From contig JACPPG010000055.1 in the NCBI GenBank assembly GCA_016191115.1, positions 25,018-89,017 on the forward strand: a stretch of DNA of 64,000 nucleotides, given 5' to 3'. Below the pieces are notes generated by a model. The model was not told the origin of the DNA and ran no database searches. It saw nothing but the letters and a program-made list of their open reading frames with translations. A program made the translations under genes and the position numbers. This document shows positions 33,921-42,535 of the stretch, piece after piece. The DNA is from Planctomycetia bacterium (lineage in GTDB: Bacteria > Planctomycetota > Planctomycetia > Pirellulales > JACPPG01). Each line of letters begins with the position of its first letter. Positions within the stretch are counted from its first letter, which is position 1.

Positions 33921-34019
33921 ATGGCCAAACCCCACCGCCGCCTGAAGAAGGCTAATCACGGAGCCCGCCCCGCCAATAGCAAGGCGCGGCGACTGAAGCG
34001 CAAGGACATCCGGACGTGA
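33921..34019 (+). CDS. 32-aa highly basic small protein (absent from the supplied ORF track; its shortest entry is 60 aa)
   Basis: ATG 33921 is preceded by AAAGAGGAG (33905-33913, 7-nt spacer). Encodes MAKPHRRLKKANHGARPANSKARRLKRKDIRT, stop TGA 34017-34019. Confidence 0.4.
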   Translation: MAKPHRRLKKANHGARPANSKARRLKRKDIRT

Positions 34020-34207
34020 GCCGAGGGCGATCGGTTCCGTGGCGCGGTGCGGCGGCAATCACGCTGCGCTGAACGCAAGGGGGCGAGCTCCGGGCCGACG
34101 GGGTAAAGCCGGCTCGCCCGCTCACGGCTGGTCCGTTCCTCCCGATAGATCATTGCAGTGTGGATTCGACGCCCGCGTTGGGCCGGTTTGCATCGAGGAG
34201 CCGATTC

Positions 34208-34732
34208 ATGCCCGGAAAGGACTTGATTCTCGACTTCGCCCAGTACGATCTCGACCATTGCGTGGCCGACATCGAAGAGATCCGCCGCTACAACCTGCAG
34301 CGGTACCAGATGGAGCAACTCACGCGGATCGTTTATGAGGACGCGTCGCGGCAGGTCTGCGTAGGGTACAAGGACTACGGCCCCGACGAGTTTTGGATAC
34401 GCGGTCACATGCCGGGCATGCCCGTGCTGCCCGGAGTGCTGATGTGCGAGGCGGCCGCGCAACTGTGCTCTTACTACGCACGGAAGCACAACCTGCTGGG
34501 CGACAACGGCGTATTGGGTTTCGGGGGGCTGGACGAGGTGCGGTTCCGCGACGTGGTCACGCCGGGCGACCGGCTGGTGATCGTCTCGGCGCTCGTGAAG
34601 GTTCGCCCCGGTGCGATGATCGTCTCGCACTTTCAGGGTTTTGTCCGGCAATCGATGGTGTGCGAGGGGAAGATTCGCGGCGTGCCATTGCCCGCCACCC
34701 GCCTGGCCAGCTCACCCGCCGCCAGCCCCTAA
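34208..34732 (+). CDS. FabA/FabZ-like hot-dog dehydratase
   Basis: ...FWIRGHMPGMPVLPGVLMCEAAAQLCSYY...GFGGLDEVRFRDVVTPGDRLVI... matches the catalytic His and PGVL..E motif of beta-hydroxyacyl-ACP dehydratases. Start uncertain (34160 or 34208). Confidence 0.72.
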   Translation: MPGKDLILDFAQYDLDHCVADIEEIRRYNLQRYQMEQLTRIVYEDASRQVCVGYKDYGPDEFWIRGHMPGMPVLPGVLMCEAAAQLCSYYARKHNLLGDNGVLGFGGLDEVRFRDVVTPGDRLVIVSALVKVRPGAMIVSHFQGFVRQSMVCEGKIRGVPLPATRLASSPAASP

Positions 34733-34756
34733 AGCCGTTGACACCCCGGGAAATGA

Positions 34757-34912
34757 CGGGCCATTCTGTTTTTCAAAATGGCGAGGCGGGAAAATGGGAC
34801 TGGCTCCGAGCATAAACAGCGCAAGTCCTTTCAGACCAACGTTGCGTCTCGGTGCCTGTCCCACCTTCCCGCCGGTGCGCCGCCGGCAAGCTTGAAGCTG
34901 TGAATGGCCCTG
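34757..34912 (-). mobile_element. MITE-like element copy 2 (156 bp, inverted orientation)
   Basis: CGGGCCATTC...GAATGGCCCTG. Perfect 10-bp flanking direct repeat CGGGAAATGA (34747-34756 and 34913-34922). Confidence 0.85.
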
Positions 34913-35034
34913 CGGGAAATGACGGGCGGCTTGTCCCATCGTCTCATTTCGTGGACGATCACGGGTAGCGGGCGCGCGCGTGCGATCCCTCGGAACGGAC
35001 CTTGAACGCCTTCCCTGAGCTAGCGGCTCGGACG

Positions 35035-35850
35035 ATGATCTTTCCCCTGCGAGACGACGTAGCCAGCCATCGGACGCCGTTCGTTACGTATTTGATCATT
35101 GCCGCGAACGTGCTCGCGCTCTTGTGGTTGACAACGATGCCTCCGGCGGCGCAGAGCGACGCGGTCTACGAGCACGGCTTCATCCCGTTGCGGATCGCGC
35201 AGTTGAACAATCCACAGCCCGTGCTGTTGCAGGTGCCTGTTCCGGCGGCGCGCGGCTTTCCTCCGCAAATCGAGCAGCATCTTCTGGAGCCGGCCAAGAG
35301 CCAGATCTACTTGTCGCTGGTCACGGCCATGTTCCTGCACGGCGGATGGCTGCACCTGATCGGCAACATGTGGTTCCTGTGGGTCTTTGGCGACAACGTC
35401 GAGAGCCGCCTGGGGCATCTTGGCTACGCCGCGCTGTACCTGGTGGGCGGCATCCTCGCCAGCCTGTGCCATTGGTTCATGCAGCCCGACAGCGCCACGC
35501 CGGTGATCGGCGCATCGGGCGCGGTGGCCGCGGTGCTGGGGGCGTACGTGGTGACTTGGCCGTTCGCGCGGATTCACTCGTTCGTGTTCCTGGTCGTGTT
35601 TTTTACGGTGATCGAGCTGCCGGCGCTCGTGGTGTTGGGTTATTGGTTCCTGGTGCAAGTGGTCGAGGCGCGAGCAGTTTCGCATCGGATGGCGACCGAG
35701 GGGGTGGCCTGGTGGGCGCACGTGGGCGGTTTTCTGGCCGGCATGATCTTGATGCAGGTGCTGACGTGGAACGCGCCAGAGCCCACGCGGCCCACCCATC
35801 TACACGACGCGCTGGACGAGAACGAAGGCCACGTGTTTTCAGACGATTGA
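35035..35850 (+). CDS. rhomboid-family intramembrane serine protease
   Basis: HGGWLHLIGNMWFLWVFGDNVE, catalytic GASGAVAAVLGAY, and later WWAHVGGFLAG (His). Confidence 0.85.
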   Translation: MIFPLRDDVASHRTPFVTYLIIAANVLALLWLTTMPPAAQSDAVYEHGFIPLRIAQLNNPQPVLLQVPVPAARGFPPQIEQHLLEPAKSQIYLSLVTAMFLHGGWLHLIGNMWFLWVFGDNVESRLGHLGYAALYLVGGILASLCHWFMQPDSATPVIGASGAVAAVLGAYVVTWPFARIHSFVFLVVFFTVIELPALVVLGYWFLVQVVEARAVSHRMATEGVAWWAHVGGFLAGMILMQVLTWNAPEPTRPTHLHDALDENEGHVFSDD

Positions 35851-35853
35851 CCG

Positions 35854-36498
35854 ATGGGACGGCGCGCGCTGCGAAAGATCGATCCGGCGATTCAGTACGC
35901 CGCATGGCTCCTTGGGCCCGAGCAACTGCCACGGCCGTGGAACGATTCGGCGGTGTTTCCCGCCGCAGGCCCGCTCGAGATGGAGCTGGGTACCGGCAAG
36001 GGGCTCTTTCTGGCGCAGGCGGCGCAGGCCCATCCGGACCGCAATTACCTGGGAATCGAGGTATCGCGCAAATACGCACACTATGCGGCCGCCCGGTTGG
36101 CGCGGCTGGAATTGGTCAATGCCCGGGTTGTTCACGGCGAAGGCATGCGAATCTTCCATGAAGTATTGCCTAGCGACGGTCTAGCGGCGGTGCACGTTTA
36201 CTTCCCCGACCCCTGGTGGAAGGCGCGGCACAAGAAGCGTCGCGTGATGAACGAAGCGTTCCTGCGCGACGTCGAACGAACGCTCGCGGCCGGCGGCAGC
36301 CTGCACTTCTGGACCGACGTCGAGGAGTATTTCGACGCCACGGTCCAGCTTGTCGCCGCCGCGACGAAGCTCGCGGGTCCGGTCGCGGTCGCCGAAAAGC
36401 CGCCCGAGCACGACCTCGACTATCGTACGCACTTCGAGCGCCGCACCCGTTTGCACGGCGACCGCGTGTACCGCGCCGTGTTCCGCAAGCGGTCGTGA
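35854..36498 (+). CDS. trmB: tRNA (guanine46-N7)-methyltransferase
   Basis: LEMELGTGKGLFL (SAM motif), YLGIEV, YFPDPWWKARHKKRR, ...HFWTD.... Confidence 0.85.
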   Translation: MGRRALRKIDPAIQYAAWLLGPEQLPRPWNDSAVFPAAGPLEMELGTGKGLFLAQAAQAHPDRNYLGIEVSRKYAHYAAARLARLELVNARVVHGEGMRIFHEVLPSDGLAAVHVYFPDPWWKARHKKRRVMNEAFLRDVERTLAAGGSLHFWTDVEEYFDATVQLVAAATKLAGPVAVAEKPPEHDLDYRTHFERRTRLHGDRVYRAVFRKRS

Positions 36499-36629
36499 AT
36501 GCACGCTAGCATGCGGTGCGCCACGTCAGAATTGCCGTCCGCGCGTTCAACGCGGTCGTGCTACACTTGAAAGCCTCGCCGGACGTGTCCGTTTCAAGTT
36601 GTTGAGAGCCGTCAAGCGGCGGACCCCTC

Positions 36630-37556
36630 ATGCGGGCATTTACTCCCTCAATCGCAGCCCTCGGCGCCATCATCGCGCTCGCGGTATTCTCCCCTGGAAC
36701 CGTGGCGAGGGCGGCTGACGCTGCATTTGCTTCGAGCGAGCAGTCGCTTTCCGAGCTGATCAGAACCACGATCGTCGACAGCCTGCCGAGGGAGTTTACG
36801 GGCCAGGACAAGTGGGGCGAGAAGAAAGCGATTGCCAGCGGGCTGAAATTCTCCACGCACGGCGGCCGCCTCAAGATCGATCAACGCACCAAGGAAGTCA
36901 ATCACGGGCTGTGGACGCAATACAAGGCGACGCTGATCGATCCCGAACGGCACCTGCGCGTCCGCCTGTCGGGCCTGCGGCGGACGGCGCCCGGACGCTT
37001 GGCGTTCCAGCTCGCGCTCGCGGCACGGGTTGACGGTGAAGCCCGCGTCGAGCGGTGGCGCCGCGGCGTCAAGATGCTGAACTTCAAGGCCGTGGCGGGC
37101 AGCGTCGTCGAGGCCGTGCTCGATTGTGAAGTCGGGATCCGCACCGAAGCAACCAACTTTATGCCGGAGCTGGTCGTGGAGCCGCATGTCGACCGCGTGC
37201 GGCTGACGTTGGTCGACATCGACCTGAAGCGCGTGAGCAAGATCGGCGGGGACGCGGCTGAGGAGCTCGGCGATCAATTGCGCCACACGCTGGAGAACGA
37301 ACTGCAAGCCCGCGAGGCGAAAGTCGCCAGCAAGCTCAACGAGGCGCTTGTTAAGCATCCAGAGAAGTTGCGCTTCTCGGCGGCGCGGCTGGTGTCGAGT
37401 GGATGGACTAAGGCGCAATCACTGCTCTCCGCGGCCGGAAAGGCGTCAACGGCGGTGACGCCGGAACCCGCGAATAGGGCGCCCGCGGCGCCTGTCTCGC
37501 CCTCTCTGCCTGCCACTCCCGCTGCGCCACCCAAACGGGCTCCCATCCGTCTCTAA
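36630..37556 (+). CDS. secreted hypothetical protein
   Basis: Signal peptide MRAFTPSIAALGAIIALAVFSPGTVARA, then 280 aa with protein-like composition and no recognised motif. Confidence 0.55.
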   Translation: MRAFTPSIAALGAIIALAVFSPGTVARAADAAFASSEQSLSELIRTTIVDSLPREFTGQDKWGEKKAIASGLKFSTHGGRLKIDQRTKEVNHGLWTQYKATLIDPERHLRVRLSGLRRTAPGRLAFQLALAARVDGEARVERWRRGVKMLNFKAVAGSVVEAVLDCEVGIRTEATNFMPELVVEPHVDRVRLTLVDIDLKRVSKIGGDAAEELGDQLRHTLENELQAREAKVASKLNEALVKHPEKLRFSAARLVSSGWTKAQSLLSAAGKASTAVTPEPANRAPAAPVSPSLPATPAAPPKRAPIRL

Positions 37557-37790
37557 GGGCGGCGGGATCGGCCGTTTTTGCGCGGGTGATCGGCAGAATC
37601 CGCGCGACGGCGCTAGCCCCACTCGAGCTGCTAGCGTCCGCCGGCGCCGAAGCATCGCGGCGCGCAAGCCTTGGACGGATGGCATCTTGGACGGCCCCGC
37701 GCGGCGCCTTCCGAAGGCTCTACCGCCGTTTGGCGCGCGGCGTGCTTATAACAGGCGGCCCCCGTTCAAGCGCTACTTCGAGCATCCACG

Positions 37791-38660
37791 ATGTCGAGCA
37801 CCGCACCACCGAAAAAGCTGTTTCCTGACTCGTTTCGACCGACCCATGCGCCGCGCGTCTCACGCGGCGGGTGCGTGCTTCTGGCGCTTGTGCTCGCGGC
37901 GTGCGGCTGTCGAGCGATCCGGCCCACCGGCGCCGACGTCTGGTCGCCGGACCAGGCCATCCTGTCGCAGGCCGACATCCAAGGCGATCAAATCACCGTC
38001 CACAACATTCGCAACTGCGAGTACCGCACGACCGACGACTACACGGTGCGGTACTACGACAAAACGTTCGACTTACGGCAGCTTAAGACGGTCGATTTCA
38101 TCATGGTCCCCTTCCCCGAGATGCCGAGCCTGGCCCACACCATGCTCAGCTTCGGTTTTGACAATCGCGACTACCTGGCCGTGTCGGTCGAGGTTCGCAG
38201 GCAGAAAGGGGAGACGTACGATCCGGTCAAGGGCCTGGTACCGCACTTCGAGCTGATGTACGTGCTGGGAGACGAGCGCGACCTGATCGGCCTGCGGGCC
38301 AACCACCGGCTGAACGACGTGTACCTGTACCACGGCAAGTCGACGCCCGACCAGGCCCGCCGCCTGTTTGTCGACGTCATGCAAAGGGTCAACAAGCTCC
38401 ACGACCAGCCGGAGTATTACAACACCCTCACCAACAACTGCACCACGAACCTCGCCCGGCACATCAACGACATCTCGCCCAACCGCATCCGCTACGACTA
38501 CCGCGTGCTGCTGCCTGGCTATTCCGACCGGTTGGCCTACGAACTAGGGCTGATCGACACGGCGCTGCCATTCGCCCAAGCGCGCGAGCAGGCCCGCGTC
38601 AATAAGGTGGCGTACGTCTATCGCGACAGCCCAGCCTTCTCGCAGAGCATCCGGCGGTAG
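37791..38660 (+). CDS. DUF4105-like lipoprotein
   Basis: Lipobox VLLALVLAACGC. ...FIMVPFPEMPSLAHTMLSFGF...YLYHGKSTPDQARRLFVDVMQRVNKLHDQPEYYNTLTNNCTTNL resembles the DUF4105 (Lnb N-terminal) signature ending NCTT. Confidence 0.68.
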   Translation: MSSTAPPKKLFPDSFRPTHAPRVSRGGCVLLALVLAACGCRAIRPTGADVWSPDQAILSQADIQGDQITVHNIRNCEYRTTDDYTVRYYDKTFDLRQLKTVDFIMVPFPEMPSLAHTMLSFGFDNRDYLAVSVEVRRQKGETYDPVKGLVPHFELMYVLGDERDLIGLRANHRLNDVYLYHGKSTPDQARRLFVDVMQRVNKLHDQPEYYNTLTNNCTTNLARHINDISPNRIRYDYRVLLPGYSDRLAYELGLIDTALPFAQAREQARVNKVAYVYRDSPAFSQSIRR

Positions 38661-38734
38661 GAAGTGGGCGCGAGCAGCGGGGCCGTTCGGCGAGATGGAG
38701 TGCTTGCTGCCCGCCGCCTGCTGGACCGCTGCGC

Positions 38735-40945
38735 TCATTCGACGTACACAAACTCGTTGGCGTTCATGAGGGCCAGGCAGAAATCCACGAGCGCCGCGGT
38801 GGCGAACGGGTCGGTGGAAGGTTCGCAGCCGGCCGGCTGCGCCAAGCGAGCTGTCTCGCGCGCTTCATGGCGAAGCCGCTCGGCTTGCCGAGTCAGAAAC
38901 TCCGCGCCGATCTTCGCCTCTTCGCCGCTCGGGCGGCGGCCAAAAACTCGCAGATAGGCGTCTTCGATCCGCCGCGCATCGTCGGTCGGCTGCGCGCGCG
39001 GCAACGCGCCCGCGAGATATCGGGCGCAGTCCAGACTGAACTGGGAGTTGAACAGCACCAACGACTGCGTGGCCGTCGTCGACTCGTGCCGTCGCGGGCA
39101 GCTCGCGTTGGCATCCGGCCGATCGAAGACGTCGAAGAGCGGATAACGCAGGTTCCGGCGGACGAACAAATAGATGCTGCGGCGGCGATGGTCTTCGGCG
39201 TTTTCGGTGACGCGCCATTGATCCTTCAAAAGCGTGCCGGTCACTTCCGGCGGCAACGGTGGTCGGACACCTGGGCCTCCGTGGCGCGGCGACAGCCGGT
39301 CGCAAGCGGCGAGCATCGCGTCGCGGATCGCTTCGCCCGAGAGCCGCGTCCGCCGCCTCCGCCATAGAAGCTCATCTTCTGGATCGTTCGCCGCGGCGGC
39401 GTTCCATGTCGCGCGGGCCGCTTGTGCCCGCTCGGCCGGCCAATCGGCGTCGAAGGCGCTCGCCGCCAGTTGATACGTCTCGGACGTCACCAGCAGCTTG
39501 TGCATCTTTTTCATGCTCCAGCCGTCGGCGACGAAGCGCTCGGCCAGCCAATCCAGCAGCTCCGGATGCGTCGGCCGGTTGCCCATCACGCCAAAATCGC
39601 TCGCGCTGGCGACCAAGCCTGCGCCGAAGTGCCACTGCCAGATGCGATTCACGATAACGCGGGTCGCCAGCGGATGGTCGGGCCGCGTCAGCCACGCGGC
39701 CAGCGCGGCGCGAGGCCGATTCGCCGCGGCCGTCGGCTGGCTGTCGCCCTCCGCCACCACGCGCGGGAAGCCGCATGACACCACTGGCCCCTTCTGCCGG
39801 AAATCGCCCCGCACGTACAGATAGCTGTCGCGTGGCTGGCCGTCGCGCATCACCCGCGCTAGCGGCACTTCGGGCAGTTTCGGCAGCGCCTTCACGGCTT
39901 CGACCAGGGCAGCGTGCTCTTTTCGCTCGTCGTCGGTCAGTCGGGCGAGCTGATCCTTGAGCGACGGCTGCACGTCCGGATTCTCGTCGCGAAAGCGGCT
40001 CGCCCCCAATTCCTCGAGCTCGCGGAGGCGCTCGGCGCGCTGCCGATCTTCCACCGGTAGCGCGTCCTCGGCCGCCTGACGCGCGGCCAGCTCGGCGACG
40101 CTTGGGATCGGGTGATCGCGGAAACAATCGGCCGAATCGAGAAACGCACGCAGCCGATAGAAATCGTGCTGCGAGATCGGGTCGTACTTGTGGTCGTGGC
40201 ACTGCGCGCAGCCGACTTGCAGCCCCAACAGCGCCGAGCCGACCGTGGCCGTCATCTCGTTCAGCACGTTGTGCCGCCGCTCTTCCGGCAGATTCAAGTC
40301 GGGCATGTCCGGCCCGCACAAGAGAAAGCCCGTCGCCACGGCCGCGTCGGGATCGCCGGGCACCAGCTCGTCGCCGGCGATCTGCAGCCGGACAAACTCG
40401 TCATAGGGCATGTCGCGCGCCAGGGCGCCGATGACCCAATCGCGATACCGCCAGGCGTTCGGGCGGAGCAGGTCGTGCTCGAAGCCGTCGGTCTCGGCGA
40501 ACCGCGCCAGATCGAGCCAGTGCTGGGCGAACCGCTCGCCGTACGCCGGTGAGGCGAGCAGCCGGTCGACCAACTTTTCGTACGCGTCGGGCGATTCATC
40601 GTTTTCGAACGCGGCGAGCGCTTGCGGCGTGGGCGGCAAACCCGTCAGATCGAACGATAGCCGCCGCAAGAGGGTCGCCTTGCCGGCCCGCGGCACGGGC
40701 TCGATGCGGCGTTGTTCGAGCGCCGCCTTCACAAAACGGTCGACAGGACTACGGCTCCACCGCGGATCGGCCACCGTCGGAACGGCCGGCGACGAGAGCG
40801 GTCGATACGCCCAGTGGGCCCGATCGGAATCGGTGATCGGCGGTTCGGCGGGAGCTGCCGGCGACGCATCGGCCCCGGCGGCCCGCAGGCACGCGACTGC
40901 CACCAGCAGGAACACGGACAGCAGAGCCAGCCGAAGACCCGTCAC
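38735..40945 (-). CDS. DUF1549/DUF1553 (PSCyt2/PSD1) protein
   Basis: VDRFVKAALEQRRIEPVP...LLRRLSFDLTGLPPTPQALAAF...SPAYGERFAQHWLDLARFAETDGFE, CAQCHDHKYDPI, and a C-terminal LMNANEFVYVE. Confidence 0.88.
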   Translation of the reverse strand: MTGLRLALLSVFLLVAVACLRAAGADASPAAPAEPPITDSDRAHWAYRPLSSPAVPTVADPRWSRSPVDRFVKAALEQRRIEPVPRAGKATLLRRLSFDLTGLPPTPQALAAFENDESPDAYEKLVDRLLASPAYGERFAQHWLDLARFAETDGFEHDLLRPNAWRYRDWVIGALARDMPYDEFVRLQIAGDELVPGDPDAAVATGFLLCGPDMPDLNLPEERRHNVLNEMTATVGSALLGLQVGCAQCHDHKYDPISQHDFYRLRAFLDSADCFRDHPIPSVAELAARQAAEDALPVEDRQRAERLRELEELGASRFRDENPDVQPSLKDQLARLTDDERKEHAALVEAVKALPKLPEVPLARVMRDGQPRDSYLYVRGDFRQKGPVVSCGFPRVVAEGDSQPTAAANRPRAALAAWLTRPDHPLATRVIVNRIWQWHFGAGLVASASDFGVMGNRPTHPELLDWLAERFVADGWSMKKMHKLLVTSETYQLAASAFDADWPAERAQAARATWNAAAANDPEDELLWRRRRTRLSGEAIRDAMLAACDRLSPRHGGPGVRPPLPPEVTGTLLKDQWRVTENAEDHRRRSIYLFVRRNLRYPLFDVFDRPDANASCPRRHESTTATQSLVLFNSQFSLDCARYLAGALPRAQPTDDARRIEDAYLRVFGRRPSGEEAKIGAEFLTRQAERLRHEARETARLAQPAGCEPSTDPFATAALVDFCLALMNANEFVYVE

Positions 40946-42408
40946 GCCAGGATCTCCTTCACCACCCGGCCGGCCACGTCGGTCAGCCGTTCATCGCGCC
41001 CGTTGTGGTGGAACGTGAGCCCTTCGTGGTCCAGGCCCAACAGGTGCAGGATCGTGGCGTGCAGGTCGTGAACGTGAACCTTGTCCTCGACCGCCCGCAG
41101 GCCGAACGGGTCGGTCGCCCCGTAGGCGAAGCCGCCGCGGACCCGCGCGCCGGCCAGCCATACGGTGTAGCCCCACGGGTTGTGGTCGCGTCCCTTGGTC
41201 TGCTCGCTCATCGGCATGCGTCCGAACTCACCACCCCAGATCACCAGCGTCTCGTCCAACAGTCCGCGGGCCCGCAGGTCGCGCAAGAGGCCGGCGACCG
41301 GCTTGTCGGTCCGCTGGCAATAGATGCCGTGGTTCTTGGCGACGTTCTCGTGGGCGTCCCAACCGTTCGTGTCGCCGGAGTAAAGCTGCACGAAGCGGAC
41401 GCCGCGCTCGATCAGTCGCCGGGCCAAAAGGCAGCGGCGTCCGAACTCGTCCGTCTCTTTCTCGCCGATGCCATAGAGCGCGAGCGTCGACGCCGTCTCG
41501 TCGGCGAAATCCACCGCTGCCGGCGCGGCCGCCTGCATACGAAACGCCAGCTCGTAGGCCGCGATCCGCGCCTCCAGCTCGCCGTCGCCGCCGCGCTCGC
41601 TCGCATGCCGCCGGTTGAGCGCGCGGATGAAATCGAGCGTCCCTTGCTGCTCACCGGCGCCGATCGACGGTTGCGGCCGTAAGTCGACGATGGGCGTCGC
41701 GCCTGGCCGAAGGGTTGTGCCTTGGTATGTCGCCGGCAGGTAACCGTTTCCCCAGGCAGGCGGGCCACCCTTCACGCCGCCGCCGGGATCGGGAAGCACA
41801 AGAAAGGCCGGCAGGCTCTCGTTCTCGGTCCCGAGCCCGTAGCTCACCCAACTGCCGAGGCTGGGACGGCCCATCAGAATGCTGCCGGTATTCATCTGAT
41901 AGACCGACTGCGGATGGTTGACGCTGTCGCCGTGGCAACCGCGGAGCACGCACAGCTCGTCGGCCAACTCGCCGATGTGCGGCAGTAGCTCGCTCACCGG
42001 CAGGCCCGACTTTCCCCGCGGCTGAAATGGCGCCACGGGCGGCAGAAGCGGATTGTGCGCCACCTTGCGACGCGTCGCCACCGGGCCGATGCTCTCCGGC
42101 AGCGGCTGGCCGGCGCAGCGGATCAGTTCGGGCTTAGGATCAAGGAGATCGACGTGGCTGGGCCCGCCGTGCATGAAGAGATAGATGACGCGTTTCGCCC
42201 GCGGCGCGAAATGCGGGGGCTTGGGCGCGAGCGGATGGGCCGTGTCGTGCGTGGCCGCGTGCAACCGGCCATCTTGATCCAAGAGTGAGGCGAGCGCGAC
42301 CATGCCCAGGCCGCCGCCGGCCTGCTGGAGGAACCAGCGTCGCCCGCCGGCCGGCGCGCGAGCGGGCAGCGGCGAGGCGGGCAGCGACCCGGTCAGATTG
42401 TGACCCAT
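40942..42408 (-). CDS. DUF1501 protein
   Basis: RRWFLQQAGGGLGMVALASLL signal, then ...VIYLFMHGGPSHVDLLDPKP..., GGEFGRMP, GRDHN. Its stop overlaps the start of the downstream DUF1549/1553 gene by 4 nt. Confidence 0.9.
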   Translation of the reverse strand: MGHNLTGSLPASPLPARAPAGGRRWFLQQAGGGLGMVALASLLDQDGRLHAATHDTAHPLAPKPPHFAPRAKRVIYLFMHGGPSHVDLLDPKPELIRCAGQPLPESIGPVATRRKVAHNPLLPPVAPFQPRGKSGLPVSELLPHIGELADELCVLRGCHGDSVNHPQSVYQMNTGSILMGRPSLGSWVSYGLGTENESLPAFLVLPDPGGGVKGGPPAWGNGYLPATYQGTTLRPGATPIVDLRPQPSIGAGEQQGTLDFIRALNRRHASERGGDGELEARIAAYELAFRMQAAAPAAVDFADETASTLALYGIGEKETDEFGRRCLLARRLIERGVRFVQLYSGDTNGWDAHENVAKNHGIYCQRTDKPVAGLLRDLRARGLLDETLVIWGGEFGRMPMSEQTKGRDHNPWGYTVWLAGARVRGGFAYGATDPFGLRAVEDKVHVHDLHATILHLLGLDHEGLTFHHNGRDERLTDVAGRVVKEILA

Positions 42409-42535
42409 GACGAGCCCTCGCGCAAAGCCAGACGCACACAGAGGAACCGCCATCCAGGCTATCGCCCCGCGGCGGGAATCTCAAGGAGATTCGACAACGT
42501 GGGTCGCCGTGCGCGGCTGCAAACCGCGGCTTCGT

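Noticed and set aside
35124-36161. 345-aa plus-strand ORF spanning the rhomboid and trmB genes in another frame
   Set aside because: It crosses a gene boundary and has low-complexity Arg/Gly/Ala content. The annotated frames contain the catalytic motifs.
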